Shown here piece after piece: positions 54,291-64,000 of a DNA stretch of 64,000 bases. Numbering within the stretch: position 1 is the first letter of the stretch; the number at the start of each line of letters is the position of its first letter. The stretch covers positions 13,578,001 through 13,642,000 of the forward strand of contig CP075493.1 of assembly GCA_021613535.1 (NCBI GenBank), in the 5' to 3' direction. The translations under genes and the position numbers were made by a program. The stretch is from Adineta vaga. Taxonomy: Eukaryota > Animalia > Rotifera. The notes below the pieces were generated by a model that saw only the letters and a program-made list of their open reading frames with translations, searched no databases and was not told where the DNA came from.

Positions 54291-55449
54291 TCTCTTCATC
54301 CTTTCCTACGTCGTCGAGTGACTAAATTTAGTTAAATTGCAAATCTTATTATTACGCATATCTCTTAAAATTAGAGATACGGAATTTGTTCGATTTTAAT
54401 TTTTAACAAAAAAACTTTTTTATCATGGTCGAATTTTATACTCTTGAATCCCAACGAATAAGTTTGCTTATTTCGAAGAATACCAATGAAAAGAATGTAT
54501 AGACTTTGTCACAATATGAGTAGAACGCTCTCTAAAGATGCGAATCAATTCAATTCATCATTCTATGGTTTGATCGATAATGGTAGTTTCAATATCAAAT
54601 CACTTCAGTTCGTTCTCTGCCAGTTTTTCTTAAGGAAAATGGCTATCAATGGCACAACTTATTTTCCAAATGCTACTGAATTGAACCCTATTCTTCATGC
54701 TTTTCAGTGAATTGCTACACCAATTACTTATGAATTCATCACAATCATAGAACTATTACATTGTACACCCAAAGTTACTCGATTACAAATGGGAATGACA
54801 CCAATAATGAATATAAATAACAAATAATATTAAAGAATTGTTTATGAGTAAAAGTCCATTGGGAATAAAACAATGTCTACTTAATTCATATTTTCGATTA
54901 CAATATTTTACTGTTAATTATTTTCAAGATAGATTTGAAGTTTATCTCTGACGATAAATATTTTTGTTTTTTTCCTTATAAAACTCGAGAAAGTAAATGA
55001 AAAATAAAAAGATTCAGTAAACTGAAGACATCTATTATTCATGTAATAGAGAGAATAGAGTCGTGGACTGCATAATGTTAACAGCTTTGATAATACTACT
55101 GATAGAAGCAAAGATGACTATAAAGTAGATAAGGCACTTAGTTTTATGAGTTTTTTTCAACTTTATTATGAAGTATTTTTCATCACCTTAAAATTCATTT
55201 ATAACGGAATAAACGATTCAACAATATCAACATAAATAAGTACTACTCAACTATAGTCTACCTTATAAGAAAATATTGAGCTTAGACAAATAACGAAAAC
55301 CCACAGTGTATGGAATGCGTTTCATTCTTCGATAATTATTGTCATATTGATCATTTTAGTTAATATATCAATGCTCTAAATCATTCGTCGTCCCTGTACG
55401 TCTTTATCTTCGGTTGAACAAACACAACGTATATATGAAATTAAAAAAA

Positions 55450-58177
55450 ATGATCAGTGATGATAACTTTGAATATGTAAACGAAGCATCGATAAGTTCC
55501 GAACTAATATGTACGATTTGTCAAGATCCATTTACCGATCCACGAATTGCTGAATGTGAACATGTATTTTGTAATTTATGTATTACTGATTGGATGCAAA
55601 AAGGAAACAATTCCTGTCCAATCGATAGAACACCAATCTCGAAATTGACACATCTTAATAGACCATTCAGAAATCTGCTGAATGATCTTGAAGTGAAATG
55701 TAGAATGTGTGGACAAACAAGACTGAAACGTAGTGACTTTGATAATCATGTTAAGAATGTTTGTCCCAATACTGGTGTTGTTTGTCTAGCTGCTGATATT
55801 AAGTGTCAGTGGGTAGGATCCCGACAAGAGCTGAATAATCATATGCAAACATGTGATTATCAACGAATGAGACCTGTTCTTGATCAACTGATAATGGAAA
55901 ATGAACATCTCAAAATACGACTGGTAGACATCAATAGTGAACAAAATCAAAGTTTGGTAGATAATGCAGTAGAAATAAATCGACTACAAACAGAAAATAA
56001 TCGGCTTAACGAAGTAAACGAACTACTAAGAACAAACGCAACACAACAACAAAGTGAGTACGCACAGAATCAGCAGTTGTCTTCGTTCAAAATTTGTATG
56101 AAGTCTGAATTCAGTTAATGACAATATGGATGTTGGGCTTGACTTAATGCTGCTATGTTTCAGAAAGCGCACCTACTAGCTTCATCGATGAAAAAACTAG
56201 AATTTAGGCAAGAGCTCGAAAATCTTGAGATATGGCTAGGTATTTGATAGCATTTATTTTACTAGCAGATGAGGAATAAGTGATCCCGCTAGATTTCCAT
56301 GATCTATGCCACCATATAAAGATACTTTTTATTTAGTGAGAATTGCAATTAAAAATCAAAAAGAAATGTAATGTTATAAGATAATACAGTAAATTCGGAA
56401 AAAAATCATGGAAAAACATATCATTCGTTTTGACGATCCTCTGAATTGATATTTTTGAGAATATTTGTCATAAAACTGTCAACGGACACTGATGTTTAAT
56501 TCGTATGGGTTAGAAATCTTTTGAAATAGCCATGGTTCCCGGCGGAACTTGAAATGATCTCTAGCATACGGCATTTCTATCCTTTTTTACATGTAAATAT
56601 TTGTGTTCTTTAAGCAATTCGTACTGTGCAACAGCCAAATCCAAGGTATATATGTTAAAAAGATACTTCTAATTTCTTATAATCGATGAGGCATATTTTT
56701 CAGACAGATTCGATGGTATAATACACCCCGCTCGTGTGTGATTCATACAATGATTACCATCGCACTTCTAATAACAATGGTGGTACTTGCTATTCTTCTT
56801 GGCAAACAATCATCAAAACGCAATAATACTAAAATTGGTAAGTCGAAGTGAAACATCTGTCGAACAGATAATGTATATAACCATTAACTAAAATAAATGT
56901 GCATGAGTGAAAACGCGCAGATTCTATGTTAAAAATATACTTAACGTCATTAATACCTGTTCTCAAGATGATATTAAGTTAAATGCAATGCCAAAGAACA
57001 TATAAACTGATTTTAAATCACCCTTTTGAATTTGATTTCATGCGTATAAAAAATTGAAGTGCACCGATGTGATAAAGTAACTTAGTTTGATATGAGTTAG
57101 GCAATCAACTATTCATATGAGATTAGTTTAAAATTCTGCAAAGAAAAATCTTGTCTTGCATTTCTTATGTTCTATATAGGATGGACAATGACAGGAAACA
57201 TGATGGTTGATCGAGCGGATCATACGGCATCACTATTACCAGATGGTAATGTATTAATTACTGGTGGGTCCAGTAGGAGTTATGGTACTCTGAATAGCGT
57301 TGAACTATACGATCCAACAACAGGCGCTTGCAGAAGAATGAAAAACATGATAAATCGTCGAAGTGGTCATACAGCATCGGTATTATCAAACGGAAAGGTT
57401 TTAGTTACGGGAGGTAGTAATTCCAAGAGTGCTGAATTGTATGATTTCTCGACCGACATTTGGACAATGACAATAAACATGAATTATGCACGACAAGGTC
57501 ATACAGCTTCGTTATTACCAAATGGAAAAGTGTTAGTTGCTGGTGGCGATGGTCTCAAGACTGCTGAACTGTATGATCCGACAACAGGTATTTGGATAAG
57601 AACAGGAAACATGAGTGTTGCTCGAAAATATCATACGGCATCAATGTTACTTAATGGAAAAGTATTAGTGGCTGGTGGATATGATACTCGTGACCGTTTT
57701 GGAAGTGCTGAATTATATGATTCATTAACGGGTACTTGGGCAATGACAGGAAAAATGAACGTTGCACGAGAACGTCATACTGCGTCGATCTTGTCAAATG
57801 GAAAAGTATTAATTGCTGGTGGGATTAAAGATGGTGCTTATCTGAATAATTGTGAGTTATTTGATCCATTGGCAGATCGTTGGACAAATACAGGGAGTAT
57901 GCATACTGCACGAGCATATCATACGGCATCCGAATTATTTGATGGAACAGTATTAGTGACTGGTAGCTATAATCATTATAGTTCTCTCAATAGTAGCGAA
58001 TTGTATGATCCAGCAACAGGTAACTGGATAAAAGCAAGGAACATGAAAGTTATACGGCTATTGCATACGGCGTCGGTCTTATTAAATGGAACAGTTTTAG
58101 TTACTGGTGGTCTTGATTTTAGTAATATCGATGGTCTTAAAAGTGCTGAATTGTACGGATCAATGTCGTCAATATGA
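55450..58177 (+). CDS. RING + TRAF-type zinc finger + coiled coil + TM + 7 Kelch repeats (588 aa); exons 55450-56053, 56615-56645, 56704-56837, 57180-58177
   Basis: C3HC4 RING (CTICQ..CEHVFCNLC..CPIDR), zinc fingers, TM ITIALLITMVVLAILLG and seven RxxHTA..L.(N/D)G.VL..GG repeats. Canonical GT-AG sites join all four exons in frame. The exon1-exon2 link is predicted. Confidence 0.72.
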
Positions 58178-58875
58178 GACTATTTTTAAACTGGACGATG
58201 CATAAAATCGTATAAATAAAATATTTAATTTAGATAGAACTCGTTTATAACATATGCTTGACCAATCTCTCTGTAAATCATGTATAAATGGGTATGAATG
58301 AAAAGCATGAGTTACTCACATCATTCATAGTTTCTTTTTCTTTTGTTGTCGCGGTACTAATTAAATTTCGCCGTTTACCTGAAACCAGTATATTTATCGC
58401 TAGCAAAATGCATATTCCGTGATTGTTCGATAGATGAATGTGAATTGGGGTGCGGTGTGGGTATACATGAGGATGCTAATGTGATTTTTTCATAAAATTC
58501 ATGTCCACATCCTAGTGGTGGACATTTCACTACATTTATATCATAAAATATACATGTGATTGAAAGAAAAAATAATTCATTTTTCTTTCTTCTCTTGTTC
58601 TTTTTCATTCATAATTTAAGGGAAAAAATTAAATCATTTTTAGTCATGTCCACATATTAAAACAACAATAACAATATTTTTTCTCCTGCTCGCGGTAAGC
58701 AAAAAATGTGCTGTACACAAGATTCATCATTTCACTTTCTTGCATAATTTTTTTTTTCGAAATTTGTTTGGGAAAAATCAGAGATACGAAATCTATAAAT
58801 TATGCAGATTTGTGCTTATGCGAGCATCTTTTCTATTCACAAGACTTACTCAATTCACGTAGAACTACAGCTGCA

Positions 58876-59928
58876 ATGGCGTCTACTAAAAAAGTTATCT
58901 GGTTCTATCAGTCAAACTCTGATTTATCTGACGAAAATCAACAGAAACAATGGAAACGTTATTCGAATTTAGAAAACGATTGTGTAGAAGAAATGTTTCA
59001 ACAAGAACACAGAAAAATGCATTTGAACAATTATGTCATTGATTTTCGACGAAATTTGCAGTTCAAAGAAGATGATCTTCACGAACAGAGAGCAGTGAAA
59101 CGCGAAGAAGTTAACCTGAGTCAATATGTGAGAGAAGAAAGATTTTGTTTTCCAGAGAGAGTAACAAAACCTTTTGAAATGGGATTTGCAGATAATCGTC
59201 TTATTACTCAATGGATGCAGAACAATGAAGAATTAACAGAAGAAGATAATGAGAAATATGTTGATATCGCTGAGTTGGCTGCCGCCGGTATGACCTTTGT
59301 TTGTTTTCTATACTATAGATTACATTTCTTTGTAGAAATCATAGAAGGAAAGCTTTTAAACAAAGAACTCGATAGACAACAAATGGCTGCACAATTTCGT
59401 AGTTGTAAAAGTGAAAATGAAGTTTTAACTTGTGCTGTACGCCTCTACTCACTTAGTTCCTTTCTCTTCACATTGGTTAATACAACATTGCGTCATTATG
59501 ACTGGAGTAAGGTTGACACATTCGGACCATTCTGTTATTTATTATGGCAATATTTACTACACAACAATACACCTACACAGCAACTACTCTATCGTGGAAT
59601 GACTCTATCCGATGAAATGCTCAATGAATATAAACAAGCTATCGGAAATGAAATTGTATTACCAACGTTTACTTCTACATCGAAAGATAGAGGAGTCGCT
59701 GAACTTTTTAGTGGAAATACACTTTGTATTATTTCCATGAGAGGGGATAAACGTGGGCAAGTATATACTGATATTTCTTCAATTTCTAATTATCCGGATG
59801 AACAAGAAGTGTTACTCGATTCGGATCACTTTTTTATCATTGAAAAAGTAGAATACGATCAAACAAATGGAAAACATGTGATTTATTTGGAAGACTTCAA
59901 TTGGGAAACATCTCAAGTTCGTGGATAG
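58876..59928 (+). CDS. WWE domain + mono-ADP-ribosyltransferase; 48-nt in-frame intron 59288-59335
   Basis: WFYQ...WKRYS.LE...E..F...YVIDF...Q....R.VKR is a WWE pattern. ART motifs LYRG, FTSTS and EQEVLL. Confidence 0.85.
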   Translation: MASTKKVIWFYQSNSDLSDENQQKQWKRYSNLENDCVEEMFQQEHRKMHLNNYVIDFRRNLQFKEDDLHEQRAVKREEVNLSQYVREERFCFPERVTKPFEMGFADNRLITQWMQNNEELTEEDNEKYVDIAELAAAGMTFVCFLYYRLHFFVEIIEGKLLNKELDRQQMAAQFRSCKSENEVLTCAVRLYSLSSFLFTLVNTTLRHYDWSKVDTFGPFCYLLWQYLLHNNTPTQQLLYRGMTLSDEMLNEYKQAIGNEIVLPTFTSTSKDRGVAELFSGNTLCIISMRGDKRGQVYTDISSISNYPDEQEVLLDSDHFFIIEKVEYDQTNGKHVIYLEDFNWETSQVRG

Positions 59929-60063
59929 AATCTTATCTTCAATTGCATTCAGAATCCAAGTTATCAGCATTTTTATTCATATGTCAGTAGAAATGTATAC
60001 TATTCTTTTCTATTTATTGATTAAATAATATGAATGTTAAAACACAAAAATAAATTATTGAAT

Positions 60064-60303
60064 TCATCGAATAACGATTGCGAATGGTGATGAGTAGACT
60101 ACTTTGCGTGTTGGTTTAACGACACATGTCTTTATAATTGGACAGGCATCGATAGTAATTACTCTAACTGGTTCTTCGCATTTAGCAACTCTATAAACAC
60201 ACTTTGGAGTACGACGCACGCATTTAACTGGAGCAACATTGCAGGAAGGATCATCGGCGACAGCAAGTCGAACTGGACGGGCAGAATCGATAATAATACT
60301 CAT
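60064..60303 (-). CDS. Small Val/Cys/Pro/Arg-rich hypothetical protein (79 aa)
   Basis: Higher GC than its flanks, clean ATG and stop, and TATATAAA at 60378-60371 upstream. Confidence 0.5.
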   Translation of the reverse strand: MSIIIDSARPVRLAVADDPSCNVAPVKCVRRTPKCVYRVAKCEEPVRVITIDACPIIKTCVVKPTRKVVYSSPFAIVIR

Positions 60304-60809
60304 TATTGTTTAAAAAATTGTTTCGAATGAATGCTTACGGTTAAATGATCAAAATGTTTCGAAGTGTCTCTTTATATATTCAGACGCAGATGTACGTAAA
60401 GAGAAAACAGACAAACACGAGTCTTGTTTTTAGTGAAACCATATCTAGTATTCATGTAACATATGCACTATATCAAATATTAACTAATATGGTAAATTAT
60501 ACTACTGAGTCGTAAATAAAATGATGAAATGAATACCTATCACTTATAATATATTCACTGTAACAAAACAGTGCAAATAGAAAAAAAATATATTCGCCAT
60601 AAAATATACATGGAAAAAATAAGAGAACAAAACATAAATTAGTCATCTATGTATATATAATACTTTTTGGTAAAATTGCAATGCAAAAACAAATGTGAGA
60701 GAAAATATGTGTTGTAAACATAAATTTCCTCTCGTTTAGTTTTTTGCTTTAAAGTAAAAATATACTTTTAGATTAATAAATCGACGGCAAGCTAATCTAT
60801 TATAAACTA

Positions 60810-63202
60810 CAGTGAAACCTCTCTAACTGGGCACCTCTCTAACAAGGGCACCTCGCTTAAATGGGCGCTCGGTGGACCGCCCGATTAGTTTTCCATGAGA
60901 ATGAACCTCTCTTACAAGGGCACCTCGGAACTCTGGGCAGTGGGCACTGGTTTTGGTCCTCATAATACGTCTTAACCTCTCTTATATGGGCACATGTGAT
61001 TCGTGTTCCAATCAAAGCATAATTCTTTTATCACTTGCCGTCCTTTGTTGTTCCTTCAATGGGAATAAAATTTCCGTCCAAATCGAACATGAAAAGTTAT
61101 CGTCTATTCATACGAAAGTGTGAATTAAATTAAGAATACAGTATAAAGAGTGGTGTAGTGAGTTGTTCCTGGCTGACATAACATTCAAATGGCCTCTCAT
61201 AATCATCTATCTCTTGAAAAGAAGATCATGTTGATCAACGACTATGCTGATGGAGCTGGAGTCTCACAGCGCACGTTATGTGTTAGGTACCAAATATCGA
61301 AGGGTGCTGTTTACAACATTCTACAACGAAAAGACGAATATAAATCCGATTTTCAAATGAATGCAAACAAAGGTGTTAAACGAAAACTTCAAGACGAATC
61401 AGGACAAAAGATCAACGAAGAAGTATTCTCATGGTTTGTGAGACAACGATCAAAGAATATTCCAATATCTGGACCATTGATACAAGAAAAGGCACGAGAA
61501 GTTTCAGAATCGATTGGGATTTTGCCAGGGTAAGTGTGACATTTTGAAACTGTTTCGCTGTTATTCTCATTATTTATTTTAGAACCTTCAAAGCGTCGAA
61601 TGGATGGCTAGAGAAATTTAAAAATCGTCATGCGATAGTGTTTCGTGCACTATCTGGAGAAAGTGCAAGCGTCGATCCGGTTACCGTAGAGGAGTGGAAG
61701 AAAAGATTGCCCATTTTGCTCGATTCGTATTCAATGGACAATGTCTACAATGCTGACGAAACTGGCTTATTTTTCAAGTTGTTACCTGAACGATCTATGG
61801 TCTTGTCAAAAGATTCATGCAAGGGTGGGAAGCGTTCGAAAGAACGCTACACAGTACTTTTATGTTCTAATTGGTCAGGTACACATAAGTTGAAGCCATT
61901 AGTTATTGGTGAGTATGAATCTTTGATTATTATGAGTCATCATTTTTATTCCTTTCACAGGAAAGAGTCGTCAACCACGATGTTTCAAAAATGTTAACAT
62001 TAATAAATTATCTATCATTTGGAAATGGAATCGCACTGCATGGATGAATGCTTCTATCTTCACAGATTGGATCAATTCAATCAATACTCAAATGCAAAAA
62101 GAGAAACGGTATGTATAGCTTTCATAAAAACTATTTTAATCGTTGTCGTTTTTTATCAAATCAATAGTAAAATGTAAAATCCTTATTTACTCTTCATTTT
62201 AGAAAGATCTTGCTTTTTCTCGACAATGCTCCTGTGCATCCAGTTGATTTAAAACTATCCAATATTACAATGATATTCTTTCCTCCAAACACTACTAGTA
62301 AAGTACAGCCACTTGATCAAGGAATTATTCGTGCATTTAAAGTATATTACCGAAGTCGATTAGTGAAACATATTATCAGTAGCTGTACATTAGCATCTTC
62401 GCTTGATGAATTAGTGATTACCGCACTGGATGCTATTCACTGGATCGAGGCGGCTTGGAAAAATGTAACCGAGTCGACTATTCGTAATACATTTCACACG
62501 GCTGGTTTCAAACATCGTAATCTGTCTGATACAGTTGAAGATGTCGAAGAAGAAATTAGTGAAGTTAGCGACAATGAACTATTTAAGAAACTGGACACTC
62601 TTCTTTCGCATCTCGGAGTTGATGGTCCTCAATTATCGGCAACTCAATATGTGATGATTGATGATGAAATTCCTGTCTTTAATGAGTGGGAGGACAGTCC
62701 AGAAGTTTTCTCAATTACGGAAGACAATGAACAAGATCAAGAAGAAAATGAAGATGAAGCTATTCTAGAAGAACCGCCATCAATTGTGTATGCGCTTGAA
62801 ATGATTCGAAAACTACATTTACTTGTGTCTGTTCGTCAACCGGAGCTTCATGAACTAGTAAGCGAGTTAGAGTCGAAATTGACTGACACTTATATTGATT
62901 CAAAAAGCAGTAAACAAAGTTCTATTACAGATTTTTTTTCACGAGTTTGATTGTAAATACAGAAATTAATTTATTTGTTTAAATAAAGAAAAAATGACTT
63001 TGTATCGAAATTAGAATAAAGGGTAGTTTATGTAACCTAACAACATATCAACCATATTAGTTTTCTACTGATCTTTGTGTATATGTGTATACCAAACAAA
63101 TTTTCAACGCGTAGGAAGGTGAACCTCTCTAAACAGGGCACCTCCGTTAAGTGGGCAGTTTGGGACTGTCCCATTAGTGCCCATTTAAGGGAGGTTCTAC
63201 TG
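60810..63202 (+). mobile_element. Full-length pogo/Tigger-type DNA transposon
   Basis: TA TSD at 60808-60809 and 63203-63204. TIRs CAGTGAAACCTCTCTAACTGGGCAC and (reverse complement) CAGTAGAACCTCCCTTAAATGGGCAC. Subterminal AACCTCTCT-n5-GGGCAC repeats. Confidence 0.95.
61189..62950 (+). CDS. pogo/Tigger transposase (520 aa, DD30D); exons 61189-61529, 61583-61908, 61961-62108, 62203-62950
   Basis: HTH-psq and CENP-B HTH (PISGPLIQEKA, FKASNGWLEKFKNRH), NADETG, LDNA and QPLDQGII. Three introns restore one ORF of 1563 nt. Confidence 0.93.
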
Positions 63203-63204
63203 TA

Positions 63205-64000
63205 TTTGTTTATAGATTATTCTCAATCCGTTATAGATATTTCTAATTTTTATTGTTCGTGATTGAATATATTCTCCCCATCCTAGTTTAGTTCTAATTT
63301 CTATACCAAGATACTTAAAATGTGATACAAATTCTATTGGATTATTTTGAAAGTATATTTTGGGTTGACTAGGAGCTACCGCGCTATGAATCAGCATAGC
63401 TTTCGTTTTTTTTACATTCACAGGTAAGAGATAATTCTTTGAAAAAGATGAAAGTATCTCCATTGCTATTTTTGCTTGTTCTTCCAATTCTATTATATTT
63501 TGTGATAACTTTTTTTCTAATGAACCTTTGAGAAGCAGAGCAAGATCATCTGCAAATAAATGAGAGCAAAATTGAAAGAGATACTTAGGTAAAAAATGAA
63601 TGTGCAGTCTAAACAAGGTTGCTGCAAGTACTGAACCTTGTGGTGCTCCTACTTTTATATCTATTTTCTTCGATATTTTATCTCCATGATATACTGACAT
63701 TGTCCTATTCTGAAGCCAATGATAGATCCATTTTACGAGTGGCAAAGGCATATTAAGTTCGATTAGATTCCTTATTAACATAGGATACCACATTCTATCA
63801 AACGCTGAAAGAAAATCAATGAAAATTGCTAGTGCAGGACGGTTACATGCTGCAATGGTCAATCTTATGTCCTCACATAACAATAGAATTCTAGTTTGTA
63901 ATCTTCGGTTTGGTGTAAAACCTGACTGTTCATCAGTATAGATGTTATGCATTTGACACCAACTCTGTATTTGTTCATGAATACATCTTTCAAACCATTT
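63205..64000 (-). mobile_element. Non-LTR retrotransposon reverse transcriptase (partial; runs off the window and ends at the pogo element)
   Basis: EQSGF, FIDFLSAFD, GAPQGSVL, LFADD, VNVKKT and FKYLG motifs. Confidence 0.92.

Noticed and set aside
56164-56239. Possible extra exon in the RING-Kelch gene
   Set aside because: It is open only in phase 0, while the upstream donors I found are phase 1 or 2 and lead to stops.
58708-58875. Signal-peptide-like N-terminal extension of the WWE-ART ORF
   Set aside because: It starts at GTG in AT-rich sequence. The first ATG in good context is at 58876, immediately before the WWE domain.
1-64000. Bacterial or fungal contaminant contig
   Set aside because: Foreign-type genes are interleaved with spliceosomal-intron genes and animal-type transposons, and the GMC fragment itself has an intron. 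A local mis-join cannot be excluded without reads.

Overview
AT-rich eukaryotic DNA with many short (about 50-60 nt) GT-AG introns. The gene repertoire is typical of a bdelloid rotifer (inference): B-box/coiled-coil-NHL genes, ART-TPR and WWE-ART ADP-ribosyltransferases, orphan 7TM receptors, and intron-poor genes of bacterial/fungal type. The window is a fast-turnover accessory or defence-like region. It holds five paralogous RING-less TRIM-NHL-like genes plus remnants, a TM-NHL gene, three ART genes, a SUEL lectin and an S1 protease. Spliced by hand, four exons give a 588-aa RING/TRAF-zinc-finger/coiled-coil/TM/7-Kelch protein, a candidate receptor E3 ligase. Candidate horizontally acquired genes are an IucA/IucC (NIS) siderophore synthetase of rhizoferrin-synthetase type, a GNAT, a GMC oxidoreductase fragment, an EEP hydrolase, an HSL esterase and an FkbM remnant. 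Mobile DNA comprises an intact three-intron pogo/Tigger element, a non-LTR RT that ends at that element, and a 1.36-kb non-autonomous TIR element with an 8-bp TSD and 4 x 136-bp internal repeats. Several otherwise intact genes carry 1-nt indels in short runs, which may be assembly errors. All assignments come from motif recognition only; no database search was run.
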